Shown here: piece after piece, positions 1 to 9,011 of the stretch
How positions within the stretch are numbered: position 1 is the first letter of the stretch
How the letters are laid out: the number at the start of each line of letters is the position of its first letter
Notes under the pieces: model-generated
Told to the model about the DNA's origin: nothing
Databases searched by the model: none
Seen by the model: the letters and a program-made list of their open reading frames with translations, nothing else
Made by a program: the position numbers and the translations under genes
DNA from: Sphingobacteriales bacterium
GTDB lineage: Bacteria; Bacteroidota; Bacteroidia; Chitinophagales; Chitinophagaceae
Length of the DNA stretch: 64,000 bases
NCBI GenBank assembly: GCA_012270485.1
Contig: JAAXIF010000067.1
Coordinates: 426-64,425 of the forward strand
Reading direction: 5' to 3'

Positions 1-13
1 AGATACTAGTGCA

Positions 14-1384
14 ATGCTGACGCCTTATCTTGATAGGCTGAATACCTTTCAAGCAGATTCATTCCCGGCAGTACAAAGTCGTATACAAACCAAATCTCCT
101 TTGGCTGGCTCGAGTGCCTTGATAACAGTGGGCACCATCACTACGGGTACATGGAGTGCTACTATAATAGACCCATCCAAAGGGGGTACCGGTGTGAATA
201 ATGGTTCCAGAACCATAACTTTAGGAGGTAATCTGACAACTCTTGGTGCATTCAATACCACATTCAATGTTTCCGGTGCGACCAATATAACCTTGCCAAC
301 TGCTGGTACGCTAGCTACATTAACAGGTACGGAAATATTGACCAATAAAACCATCAGTGGAGCCTCGAATACATTGACCAATATCGCTACATCATCTTTA
401 ACAGGTACATTGGCGGCTGGTCAGTTCCCTGCATTGACAGGTGATGTTACTACTACTGCAGGAAGCCTTGCTACTACCTTGGCAACAGTGAACAGTAATG
501 TGGGCACATTCGGATCATCCACGGCTATTCCAACGATCACTGTCAATGGTAAAGGCTTGGTAACAGGTGTAACAACCAATGCAGTAGTTGCTCCGGCGGG
601 CACCCTAACAGGTACTACTTTAGCTTCGGGAGTTGTAAACTCTTCATTGACGTCAGTAGGTACCTTAGGTAGCTTGAATGTATCAGGAACAGGAACTTTT
701 GGAACAGTGAGTGCAACCACTTTTAATGGTGTTGCGGCAGCTCAAAATATTCAAATTTATACCTCAGGCTCAGGTAATTACATTGTCCCAGCAGGCATTT
801 ACTCGATTATAGTAGAAGTTGTGGGTGGTGGTGGTGCTGGAGGCGGAACTATTAGTTCAGGTACAAGTGGTATTCAAGCTTCTAGTGGTGGTGGTGCTGG
901 TGGTTACGCACGTTCAGTTATTGCAGTTACTCCTGGACAAAGCATAAGTTACTCAGTAGGTGCTGCAGGTACTCCAGCAAGTGGAGCAGCTGGGGGAGCG
1001 GGAGGTAATACTACTTTCGGCGCACTAACAGCTAATGGAGGCGGAGGAGGGGCTGTCCAAGCAAACGGTGCAACCGTACTTAGAACTGCAGGTGGCACAG
1101 GTGGTACAGCTTCAGGTGGAAATTTGAATATTCAAGGTGGTGATGGAGATCCGGGTATGAGGTTTTCCGCAACTGTAGGCTACTCTGGTAAAGGAGGTAA
1201 TTCTAGACTTGGTTTTGGAGGCCAATCAGTAATTATAGCTAACTCTTCTATTGCCGGTTTGGTAGGTGATGGATTCGGAGCGGGAGGTAGTGGCGCATTC
1301 TTCCTACGCACTGGAGGTACACCGGCAGCACAATCTGGTGGTGCAGGTCTTGCCGGTGTTATTATCATTCACGAGTTTAAATAA
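14..1384 (+). CDS. Phage tail-fibre-like protein with C-terminal glycine-rich domain; N-terminus probably off-window
   Basis: 456-aa ORF. The N-terminal half is T/G/S/N-rich shaft-type repeats (IDPSKGGTGVNNG, LTNKTISGASNTLTNI, TLTGT). The C-terminal ~190 aa is a Gly-rich block (VVGGGGAGGG...GGGGAGGY...GGAGGNTTFG). There is no in-frame stop between nt 2 and the ATG at 14. Confidence 0.6.
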   Translation: MLTPYLDRLNTFQADSFPAVQSRIQTKSPLAGSSALITVGTITTGTWSATIIDPSKGGTGVNNGSRTITLGGNLTTLGAFNTTFNVSGATNITLPTAGTLATLTGTEILTNKTISGASNTLTNIATSSLTGTLAAGQFPALTGDVTTTAGSLATTLATVNSNVGTFGSSTAIPTITVNGKGLVTGVTTNAVVAPAGTLTGTTLASGVVNSSLTSVGTLGSLNVSGTGTFGTVSATTFNGVAAAQNIQIYTSGSGNYIVPAGIYSIIVEVVGGGGAGGGTISSGTSGIQASSGGGAGGYARSVIAVTPGQSISYSVGAAGTPASGAAGGAGGNTTFGALTANGGGGGAVQANGATVLRTAGGTGGTASGGNLNIQGGDGDPGMRFSATVGYSGKGGNSRLGFGGQSVIIANSSIAGLVGDGFGAGGSGAFFLRTGGTPAAQSGGAGLAGVIIIHEFK

Positions 1385-1502
1385 TGGTTGTTTTATTTAT
1401 TGACGAAAAATAATACTTATTAGTGTCAATTGGTTACTGATATCATTAACTTTATCGACATTTTTTTAAATATGAAGCGTTTACTTTAGACTATTTCAAT
1501 AG

Positions 1503-2198
1503 ATGAGAAAATTACTCAGCATACTATCTGTTTTTTTTACAACCATCTGTTTTGGACAAAAAGCTACTACAAAAACGCCCGTTACAAATAATACGATAAA
1601 ATTGGTTTCCATCAATGATTCCATTCAATACGCTATCGGCGCATTTGTAGCACAATGGATCAATAACAATAGTTTTATTATCAGCAATCCTACATTGTAT
1701 ATCAAGGGTATGGATGATGTATTTCAAAATAAACCCCGTTTGATTCCTGATTCTGTAGTGCCTGTAATGATCACCGCTTATCAGCAGGTTACTCAAAAAG
1801 ATCGTTCCTTAAAACTAGAACAACAACTCTTTACCAATATCAAACAAAGACCGGGTTTGGGAATACTACCCAATGGCGTACATTATTTTATTTTGAAATC
1901 TGCTCAAGGACAACGACCCTTGCCCTCTGATACGGTTACCATTCAATTGAGAGGTACATTAGCAGATGGTACCGTTTTTGAAGATACTTATCGTAAGTCG
2001 CCGGTGAAAATAACACCTGCTGAAATGGTTCCCGGTGTGAGTGAGGCCATACAAATGATGCCGGTAGGATCTAAATGGCAGATTTATGTACCCGCCATGT
2101 TAGCTTACGCTGATAAAGGAACTGCTGTAATTCCCCCAAACAGTGCATTAGTAGTAGAAATAGAATTATTGAATATCACCAGTCCCAAAAAAGATTAA
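1503..2198 (+). CDS. FKBP-type peptidyl-prolyl cis-trans isomerase, secreted
   Basis: Signal peptide MRKLLSILSVFFTTICFGQ. C-terminal FKBP fold motifs GTLADGTVFEDTY, VPGVSEAIQMMPVGSKWQIYVPAMLAY and IPPNSALVVEIELL. Confidence 0.85.
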   Translation: MRKLLSILSVFFTTICFGQKATTKTPVTNNTIKLVSINDSIQYAIGAFVAQWINNNSFIISNPTLYIKGMDDVFQNKPRLIPDSVVPVMITAYQQVTQKDRSLKLEQQLFTNIKQRPGLGILPNGVHYFILKSAQGQRPLPSDTVTIQLRGTLADGTVFEDTYRKSPVKITPAEMVPGVSEAIQMMPVGSKWQIYVPAMLAYADKGTAVIPPNSALVVEIELLNITSPKKD

Positions 2199-2267
2199 TT
2201 GAACATTGTTCGTGTAATATACATTCTATATATTTATAATATCTTATCGCTTAATAAATCACAAAAC

Positions 2268-2957
2268 ATGAAAACTTTATTACTCTTTGTTCTTTCCGCT
2301 GTAATGAGTGTGAGTCTACTTGCTCAAACCAAAACTCCTGCACAAATCGCTAAAGAAAAAGCAGATGCAGATACACTTCAGTATGCTTTGGGTGTATACA
2401 TGGTAAAATCATTGCAAAAAAACGGAGTGATCATTACTAACCCGACCATGTTCCAAAAAGCAGTAGATGATGTACTGGCCAAAAAGAAACTCATGATCAG
2501 TGAAGCAAGTGCTGAGTCCAAAATCAATAACTTTCAAAATGCCATCAATTCAGAAAAAGGATTGTTGATGGAACAAATGCTCTTTGCAGAACTCAATAAA
2601 CAATCAGGTGTTGTTCGCATGCCCAGTGGTGTGAACTATGCAGTGATCACAAAAGGAACCGGAAGAAATCCGGAGCCTGAAGATACCGTTGTAATTAACA
2701 TCGTTGGTAAATTACCCGACGGTACTGTATTTATCGACTCAGACAAAAACAAAGAATCTTTTCTAATTCTAGTGAAAGACCTGGTGTTAGGATTACAAGA
2801 CGCAGTACTGAGAATGAAAGAAGGTTCTGTTTGGCGCGTATTTATTCCCGCAACATTGGGTTTTGGCGCATCCGGTAATGGTTCTTCAGTTCCTCCTTAC
2901 ACACCATTGATATATGATATTGGATTGATTTCTGTACGTTCGGCCAAAGCTAAGTAA
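2268..2957 (+). CDS. FKBP-type peptidyl-prolyl cis-trans isomerase, secreted (tandem paralog)
   Basis: The ORF track starts at a TTG (2199). The internal ATG at 2268 gives the signal peptide MKTLLLFVLSAVMSVSLLAQ. FKBP motifs GKLPDGTVFIDSD, GLQDAVLRMKEGSVWRVFIPATLGFG and PPYTPLIYDIGLI. Confidence 0.85.
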   Translation: MKTLLLFVLSAVMSVSLLAQTKTPAQIAKEKADADTLQYALGVYMVKSLQKNGVIITNPTMFQKAVDDVLAKKKLMISEASAESKINNFQNAINSEKGLLMEQMLFAELNKQSGVVRMPSGVNYAVITKGTGRNPEPEDTVVINIVGKLPDGTVFIDSDKNKESFLILVKDLVLGLQDAVLRMKEGSVWRVFIPATLGFGASGNGSSVPPYTPLIYDIGLISVRSAKAK

Positions 2958-3019
2958 GCTATCCTTGATTCTTATGATGGCAAAAATCCATCTAATAATT
3001 TGATTATCAATTTTTTAAG

Positions 3020-3053
3020 AAAAGCCTTGGGATTTTACCCAAGGCTTTTTTTT
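3020..3053 (+). terminator. Rho-independent terminator after the FKBP pair
   Basis: GAAAAGCCTTGGG-atttta-CCCAAGGCTTTTTTTT: a 12-bp stem followed by a T8 run. Confidence 0.8.
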
Positions 3054-3089
3054 CGGGGATAATTTAATCTGACTGCTATTATTAGGGAA

Positions 3090-3110
3090 TTGGTATTATT
3101 CCTACCTTTG
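3090..3110 (+). promoter_or_regulatory. Candidate fusA promoter (-7 box TACCTTTG)
   Basis: TACCTTTG at 3103-3110 matches the Bacteroidetes sigma-A -7 consensus TAnnTTTG, ~58 nt upstream of the fusA ATG. The -33 element is unclear. Confidence 0.35.
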
Positions 3111-3168
3111 CCGCCTTGAAAATGGGAGCGTATGCTTCCTGCAAAAAAATATTTAAACAAGCACTTTT

Positions 3169-5319
3169 ATGGCTGACTTGAAATTTCAACGCAACTTTGG
3201 TATTGCCGCACACATCGATGCCGGTAAAACCACTACTACCGAGCGTATCCTGCGCTACACCGGTATGATTCACAAAATTGGTGAGGTACATGATGGTGCC
3301 GCTACTACTGACTGGATGGAGCAGGAAAAAGAAAGAGGTATCACCATTACTTCTGCTGCTGTTAGCTGTCAGTGGAATTTCCCAACTGTAAAAGGGAAAG
3401 CTGATGCCAATACAAAGAGCTATTACTTTAATATCATTGATACTCCGGGTCACGTGGATTTTACCGTAGAGGTAGAACGTTCTATGCGTGTACTGGATGG
3501 CTTGATTGCCCTTTTCTCTGCTGTGGATGGTGTTGAGCCTCAATCTGAGACAGTATGGCGTCAGGCGAACCGTTACAAAGTTCCTCGTATCGGTTTCGTA
3601 AATAAAATGGACCGTTCCGGTGCCGACTTCCTGAATGTAGTCAATCAGGTAAAGGAAATGTTGGGTGCAAAAGCTGTTCCTTTACAATTACCGATTGGTG
3701 CTGAAGATAATTTCAAAGGTGTAGTTGACCTGATCAAAATGAAAGGGATCATCTGGCACATGGAAACAGAAGGAATGACTTTCGATGAGATCGATGTTCC
3801 GGCTGATATGAAAGAAGATGTAGAATTCTGGAGACAGAATTTAATTGAAGCAGTAGCTGAATATGATGATACATTGATGGAGAAATTCTTCGATGATCCA
3901 AACAGCATTTCTGAAGATGAAGTTCATGAAGCAATTCGTAAAGCTTGTATCGATTTGAGCATCGTTCCTATGATGTGCGGATCCTCATTCAAGAATAAGG
4001 GTGTACAAACTGCACTGGATGCTGTTTGTCGCTACCTGCCTTCTCCCGTTGATATCGAAGATACCGTAGGTACTGATCCTGACACAGGTGAAACCATTAC
4101 TCGTAAACCTAGTGCAAAAGAACCATTTGCGGCACTGGCATTTAAGATCATGACAGATCCTTTCGTAGGTCGTCTGGCCTTCTTCCGTTGTTACAGTGGT
4201 CACCTCGATGCGGGTTCTTATGTGTTGAACGTAAGAAGTGGAAAGAAAGAGCGTATCAGCCGTATCATGAAGATGTTTGCCAACAAACAAAACCCAATCG
4301 ACTTCATCGAAGCGGGTGATATTGCAGCAGCTGTAGGGTTCAAAGAAATTAAAACCGGTGATACCCTTTGTGATGAGAATCATCCAATTACTCTTGAGAA
4401 CATGTTCATCCCTGAGCCTGTAATCGCGATCGCTGTTGAGCCTAAAACACAGGCCGATGTAGATAAAATGGGTATGGCTATCGCTAAACTGGTAGAAGAA
4501 GATCCAACACTGCGTGTAAATACGGATGAAGATACAGGTCAAACCATCCTTCGTGGCATGGGTGAATTGCACCTTGAGATCATCGTAGATCGTATGCGTC
4601 GTGAATTCAAAGTAGAAGTAAACCAGGGTGCGCCTCAGGTTGCTTATAAAGAAGCATTCGGAACCACTATCGAACACCGTGAAGTGCTGAAGAAGCAGTC
4701 TGGTGGTCGTGGTAAGTTCGCGGATATCCAATTCTCAATCGGTCCTGCTGATGAAGAATGGCTGAAAGAAAACGAAGGAAAGCATTTCCAATTCGTGAAT
4801 GATATCTTCGGTGGATCGATCCCCAAAGAATTCATCCCTGCTATTCAGAAAGGTTTTGAAACCGCAATGACTACAGGTGTTCTGGCAGGTTATCCGGTGA
4901 ACAATATGAAGGTTCGTGTATTCGACGGTAGCTACCATGATGTGGATTCTGATTCAATGTCATTTGAATTGTGTGCGAAGTCTGGTTTCCGTGAAGCAGG
5001 ACGTAAGGCAAAACCAACATTGTTGGAGCCGATCATGAAAGTAGAAGTATTGACTCCGGATCAGTACATGGGTGATGTAACAGGTGACTTGAACCGTCGT
5101 CGTGGTATGTTGGAAGGTATGGATAGCCGTGCTAACCTGCAAGTGATCAAGGCGAAAGTTCCTTTGAGCGAAATGTTTGGTTATGTAACCCAACTGCGTT
5201 CATTGTCTTCTGGTCGTGCCACTTCAACCATGGAGTTCTCACACTATTCTCCTGCACCCAACAATATTGCAGAAGAAGTGATGGCAAAGAACAAAGGAAA
5301 AGTAAAGATCGAGGAATAA
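3169..5319 (+). CDS. fusA: Translation elongation factor G
   Basis: 716 aa. G1 motif [15 protein letters not shown], plus DTPGHVDF and NKMDR. Full EF-G domains II-V are present ([25 protein letters not shown]). Confidence 0.97.
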   Translation: MADLKFQRNFGIAAHIDAGKTTTTERILRYTGMIHKIGEVHDGAATTDWMEQEKERGITITSAAVSCQWNFPTVKGKADANTKSYYFNIIDTPGHVDFTVEVERSMRVLDGLIALFSAVDGVEPQSETVWRQANRYKVPRIGFVNKMDRSGADFLNVVNQVKEMLGAKAVPLQLPIGAEDNFKGVVDLIKMKGIIWHMETEGMTFDEIDVPADMKEDVEFWRQNLIEAVAEYDDTLMEKFFDDPNSISEDEVHEAIRKACIDLSIVPMMCGSSFKNKGVQTALDAVCRYLPSPVDIEDTVGTDPDTGETITRKPSAKEPFAALAFKIMTDPFVGRLAFFRCYSGHLDAGSYVLNVRSGKKERISRIMKMFANKQNPIDFIEAGDIAAAVGFKEIKTGDTLCDENHPITLENMFIPEPVIAIAVEPKTQADVDKMGMAIAKLVEEDPTLRVNTDEDTGQTILRGMGELHLEIIVDRMRREFKVEVNQGAPQVAYKEAFGTTIEHREVLKKQSGGRGKFADIQFSIGPADEEWLKENEGKHFQFVNDIFGGSIPKEFIPAIQKGFETAMTTGVLAGYPVNNMKVRVFDGSYHDVDSDSMSFELCAKSGFREAGRKAKPTLLEPIMKVEVLTPDQYMGDVTGDLNRRRGMLEGMDSRANLQVIKAKVPLSEMFGYVTQLRSLSSGRATSTMEFSHYSPAPNNIAEEVMAKNKGKVKIEE

Positions 5320-5337
5320 GATTCCTTGCTCACATAG

Positions 5338-5369
5338 AAAAAGCCCCGGCAGTGATGTTGGGGCTTTTT
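5338..5369. terminator. Bidirectional intrinsic terminator between fusA and the convergent ligase gene
   Basis: AAAAGCCCC-ggcagtgatgtt-GGGGCTTTTT, with an A-run upstream and a T-run downstream. Confidence 0.75.
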
Positions 5370-5372
5370 AGT

Positions 5373-5408
5373 ATAGTCCATAGACCATGGTCCATGGGCT
5401 ATGGTCTA
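5373..5408. repeat. GWCYATR heptamer palindrome (REP-like), copy 1
   Basis: ata|GTCCATA|GACCATG|GTCCATG|GGCTATG|GTCTAC. It overlaps the stop codon of the 5406..7898 gene. Confidence 0.85.
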
Positions 5409-7898
5409 CTTACAATACTGCACAATGATATTATTCGCATCCGCATAGTTTTTGGATTTAGAAATCTGAAGGGTTTGACAACCCACTTCTTTTTCTCCGA
5501 GGTTGATATGACTCACGCCTTTAAAAAATTCAGATTTGCCATCATTGGTGATTTTTAAAGCGATTACTTTATCAAAATAGTAGATGGCTCTTCTATATTG
5601 TTTCATGTTAAAATAACTGACACCTGCGTTCTCATAAATAGCATAGTTGAATGCATTGATCTCTGCTGCACGAACAAATTTTGCAGCGGCTGTTTGATAA
5701 TCTTGTTTAGCAAAAGCAGCAACGCCTTCATTATAGATCTGAGTTGCTTTTTGTAGGGCGGCGGCATTTTGTTCTACACTATTCCCAACTGCACCCGAAA
5801 AATTCAGGTTGCTGGTGATCTCCTGTTTTCTTTTCAGTAAATTGGCATAATCAGCTTCACTGGCAGGTCTGTTTCCTTTTCGATCAAACAGCGTGAGTGC
5901 ACTGTCAGCCAGTTTCAATAATTCAGGAGTAGCTCTTTGTTGCGCGTTTAACATGCCCATCAAATATAAATTCCAGGCAAAGGGCTCATTGCGGTATTTT
6001 GTATAGGTTCTGAATGCTTTGGCAACACCGGCAGTATCTCTTCTTTTTGCATGCACAGCCACCAATGTTTGATAATAGGTATTAGCCCTTGGTTTATTAT
6101 AGTAGGCCAGCTCCGCGTAATACTTGGCACTATCCATTTGATTGGTGTTGAAAAATACATTCGCCATCAAAAACTGACTATAATAAATATGCGGATTATG
6201 GGGAATAGATTTCCTCAGCAAACGAAGCGCTTCATCATACTGTTGGTTTTCAGAATAATACCTTCCTAAAATGGCTTCAATGGGTTGAGAAGAAGAAGTA
6301 AGATTGGGAATAGGAGGAAACATGGTTTTTACTTCTGCCAGCGGAATGCTCATTGGCTCATTCTTTAGATCAGGAACCACGCGAAGTTGTCCTTTCAATG
6401 AAATGTAGGTGAGATAGGTAATGTAAGTGGCAGGCAATAACATTAATATCGTGATCATTCCATATAAGGGATGGGCAAGGGTAAAGGTTTTATTAGCAGG
6501 TTTTGTATCGCCAACCTGTACTTCTTCTCGCCCTTTGATATAAGTACCAAGATTGATGGCTGTTACACAAGCAAAAAATACCTGCATGATGGCTCTTTCA
6601 ATAGGAAAGTTGAATCCTGCATCCACAGCATATACAATCAATGCCATGAAGGAAAACAAAGCGATCAGTTTTGTTTCTTCGGAAGCAGCAGATCGTAAGG
6701 TTTTAATTGTGCAAAAGAAAAGACAGACATACAGTGATAAGTATAATAATCCACCCAGCAAACCTAATTCAGCTGCATGTTCTAAAAAATCATTGTGAGC
6801 ATGTGCAGGTACATTCAGGTCATCAATGTATTCTTTCTCATAAGGAATAGAAGCCAGTTTCCAATTACCATAACCGCAACCCATTAAGGGGTTTTCAGCA
6901 ATATAATCGAATGCATGTTCCCATAATTTAAAACGATAACTCGAAGCGTCGTTTGTAAGTGCAATGGAACTGATATTTGCAATCACACTACCATAACGAC
7001 CACTGTTGCTTTCTTGTAAGGTAGTTACTTGTGTATTGATAGCTTGGGTAATAAAAAAAGCAGATACCAGGGGTAATAACAAATAAGCTGATTGCAATAA
7101 CAATTGATCTGCTTTTTTATGTTGACGGAATTTCACCAACACAAATCCTAAGAATACAATCGATACTAAAATTAAGCTAACATAAGAAGCACGTGCACTG
7201 GCCATGAAAATGGTGGCGATACCCAGTGTTAGGGCGAGAATATGGAAAATACGTTCTGCCAGTTTTGCATGATAGAGCGCATACAGTACAAACGGTATTT
7301 TAATAACCAGACTAGCCGCGAAAATATTTTTATTACCCGTATTGCCATTGAGTGAGTTGACCAAGGCGCCTAGTGAGGTTTCGGCGATACCATCAAAAAA
7401 TTTATCAAAGTATTGGATGGATTCTACCAATAAAACAGCAGATAATAGTCGACATATCAGGGTGAAGGATCCTTGTTGATGAACAAACAGTACTGCCAGA
7501 TTAAAAAAGGCAATGATGGTAATGATAAACCTTACGAAGCAAACCCAGGCTTCCACCTGATTCATGGCAAAGAAAATCGACAAACCCGCGAGTAAGAAAA
7601 GCGATAAATAGAGTTTTGAATAAAGTTGTCTGAAAATGGTAATGATTACATCCTTGTACAGGTCTTTTCTGGCCCAGGTATACACCACCACAAGAATGTC
7701 TAATAAAGCTAAATACAGCCATTGAGGTCCCATTACATCAATGGAGTTCATATTATTGATAAAATGAACAGCCATATACAGCCCCATGATGACCATGGGT
7801 ATCCAGGAACTCTTATGCTCAGTTTTAAAATTTGTAGAACCTTGTTTATCAGCAATTTGCTTATCAGAAAAGGGGGAAACGGGTTTCTTTCTGGCCAT
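5406..7898 (-). CDS. O-antigen ligase (Wzy_C)-like polytopic membrane protein fused to C-terminal TPR repeats
   Basis: 830 aa with about 10+ hydrophobic helices. Ligase-type loop AHAHNDFLEHAAELGLLGGLLYLSLY. The C-terminal ~330 aa has TPR-like repeats (YDEALRLLRKSI, YYAELAYYNKP, YRRAIYYFDKVIAL). Confidence 0.8.
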   Translation of the reverse strand: MARKKPVSPFSDKQIADKQGSTNFKTEHKSSWIPMVIMGLYMAVHFINNMNSIDVMGPQWLYLALLDILVVVYTWARKDLYKDVIITIFRQLYSKLYLSLFLLAGLSIFFAMNQVEAWVCFVRFIITIIAFFNLAVLFVHQQGSFTLICRLLSAVLLVESIQYFDKFFDGIAETSLGALVNSLNGNTGNKNIFAASLVIKIPFVLYALYHAKLAERIFHILALTLGIATIFMASARASYVSLILVSIVFLGFVLVKFRQHKKADQLLLQSAYLLLPLVSAFFITQAINTQVTTLQESNSGRYGSVIANISSIALTNDASSYRFKLWEHAFDYIAENPLMGCGYGNWKLASIPYEKEYIDDLNVPAHAHNDFLEHAAELGLLGGLLYLSLYVCLFFCTIKTLRSAASEETKLIALFSFMALIVYAVDAGFNFPIERAIMQVFFACVTAINLGTYIKGREEVQVGDTKPANKTFTLAHPLYGMITILMLLPATYITYLTYISLKGQLRVVPDLKNEPMSIPLAEVKTMFPPIPNLTSSSQPIEAILGRYYSENQQYDEALRLLRKSIPHNPHIYYSQFLMANVFFNTNQMDSAKYYAELAYYNKPRANTYYQTLVAVHAKRRDTAGVAKAFRTYTKYRNEPFAWNLYLMGMLNAQQRATPELLKLADSALTLFDRKGNRPASEADYANLLKRKQEITSNLNFSGAVGNSVEQNAAALQKATQIYNEGVAAFAKQDYQTAAAKFVRAAEINAFNYAIYENAGVSYFNMKQYRRAIYYFDKVIALKITNDGKSEFFKGVSHINLGEKEVGCQTLQISKSKNYADANNIIVQYCK

Positions 7899-7938
7899 AG
7901 TTGGGTTATTGCCGTGAAATTAAGGATTTTGCTATGAG

Positions 7939-8070
7939 TTCACTATGGATTCACTATGGTTTCTCTATGGTTTTCCTATCATTTCACTATGATTCTCTTA
8001 TGACTCTCTTATGAAGCTCTTATCACTGTCGTATCTCTGCCATAACCCTTACTTAACCCATTACCGACCT
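7939..8070. repeat. Degenerate tandem array with 11-bp period (~12 units, consensus TTCACTATGGW)
   Basis: Units read ttcactatgga / ttcactatggt / ttctctatggt / tttcctatcat / ttcactatgat / tctcttatgac / tctcttatgaa / gctcttatcac and continue, decaying toward 8070. Confidence 0.8.
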
Positions 8071-8261
8071 TCTCAGTTATCTGTCAATATCCGGTCAGTT
8101 CCCTGTCATAAGACTATCTATACATTCCAATAACCCTCAAAAAACGCGCTCTAACCATCGAAAATTCGTATAACCCAGTACCTCGTACCCAGTACCTAGC
8201 ACCCAATTGCTTCAAAATCCCGTAGAACTTCCGTTTTTTCTTAAAAATATTTACAAATTTC

Positions 8262-8292
8262 TTGACCATTCCATTACAGTCCCTTACCTTTG
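8262..8292 (+). promoter_or_regulatory. Candidate promoter of the S10-spc ribosomal cluster
   Basis: TTG (8262-8264), a 20-nt spacer, then TACCTTTG (8285-8292). This fits the Bacteroidetes TTG-N(17-23)-TAnnTTTG consensus, ~30 nt upstream of the rpsJ ATG. Confidence 0.55.
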
Positions 8293-8322
8293 CAACCCCA
8301 ATCAGAAAATTGGGTTTCGACT

Positions 8323-8628
8323 ATGTCTCAACGTATCAGAATCAAATTACAATCTTACGATCACAATCTGGTAGATAAATCTGCTGAGAAAATCGTAAAA
8401 ACAGTGCGCAGCACTGGTGCCGTAGTAACTGGTCCAATTCCCTTGCCTACACACAAGAGAATCTTCACTGTACTGCGTTCACCACACGTGAATAAGAAGA
8501 GTCGTGAGCAGTTTCAACTGGCTACTCACAAGCGTTTGCTGGATATCTATACTTCTTCTTCTAGAACAGTAGATGCCCTAAGCAAATTGGATCTGCCTTC
8601 TGGTGTTGAGGTAGAGATCAAAGCCTGA
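8323..8628 (+). CDS. rpsJ: 30S ribosomal protein S10
   Basis: [25 protein letters not shown]...[13 protein letters not shown]. The ATG at 8323 lies inside a TTG-initiated track ORF. Confidence 0.97.
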   Translation: MSQRIRIKLQSYDHNLVDKSAEKIVKTVRSTGAVVTGPIPLPTHKRIFTVLRSPHVNKKSREQFQLATHKRLLDIYTSSSRTVDALSKLDLPSGVEVEIKA

Positions 8629-8634
8629 TAAATA

Positions 8635-8666
8635 GGCTACAAGTTTCAAGCTACAAGCTGCAATTG
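8635..8666. repeat. Heptamer word array (AGCTACA type)
   Basis: ggctaca|agtttca|agctaca|agctgca, immediately after the rpsJ stop. Confidence 0.6.
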
Positions 8667-8756
8667 AAACAAAAGTTCTTAAAAATAAATTACTCATCTG
8701 CCAACTCTCTACTCAAAATAGAGAAGAAAGCAGCTCTGAATAAATAAACGGTCTCA

Positions 8757-8797
8757 GATTTTTGATTTTCAATCAAGAAATCAAAAAATCAAAGATC
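8757..8797. repeat. GATTTTTGATT / AATCAAAAAATC inverted repeat
   Basis: GATTTTTGATTT-tcaatcaaga-AAATCAAAAAATCaaagatca. The right arm is near-identical to 46955-46974. Confidence 0.7.
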
Positions 8798-8805
8798 ATA
8801 CATAT

Positions 8806-9011
8806 AAACAGGCCCTTCGAGGTTTGTTTACTTCCGGTACTTCCTCGATCACCATAGCTTTAGCAACGGTGATCCAGCTTAGAAAAAGCATCCACTTTCG
8901 CCAAGGCTACGGTGGATAGAAAAGGGAAAAGGTCGGCAGCGAACAAGGATTGAATCCCGCTTCATCGGTGGGATGTCCTCTTTAACCTTGCGGGGCATAA
9001 ACCGCAAAACG
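8806..9011 (+). promoter_or_regulatory. Candidate structured intercistronic leader upstream of rplC
   Basis: GC-normal 200-nt block inside a 383-nt rpsJ-rplC spacer. Hairpins seen: GATCACC(8847)/GGTGATC(8868), ATCCAC(8890)/GTGGAT(8912), and TTGCGG(8988)/CCGCAA(9002) abutting the ATG. Confidence 0.35.

Noticed and set aside
2199-2267. Upstream extensions of several ORFs from TTG/GTG codons, for example 2199, 8290, 8973, 14408, 16235, 16737, 39723, 40500, 46273 and 56331
   Set aside because: Internal ATGs give canonical N-termini or signal peptides. The extensions cross spacers, repeats or hairpins.
3985-4731. 248-aa antisense ORF inside fusA, with similar shadows at 10869..11426, 11895..12344, 47018..47560, 25242..25637 and 35238..35687
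   Set aside because: These are long antisense frames within strongly conserved genes. Their composition is odd (C/F/H/T-rich) and no motifs are present. They are typical shadow ORFs.
5352-5558. 68-aa + strand ORF (MMLGLFSIVHRPWSMGYGLL...)
   Set aside because: Its N-terminus is a translation of the terminator plus the GWCYATR repeat, and the rest is antisense to the well-supported ligase/TPR gene. It is a repeat-generated artefact.
8941-8975. GGATTGAATCC...CGGTGGGA looked superficially like a tRNA T-arm and acceptor end
   Set aside because: There is no 5-bp T-stem with a 7-nt loop, no D-arm or anticodon arm, and no matching acceptor stem. It is not a tRNA.
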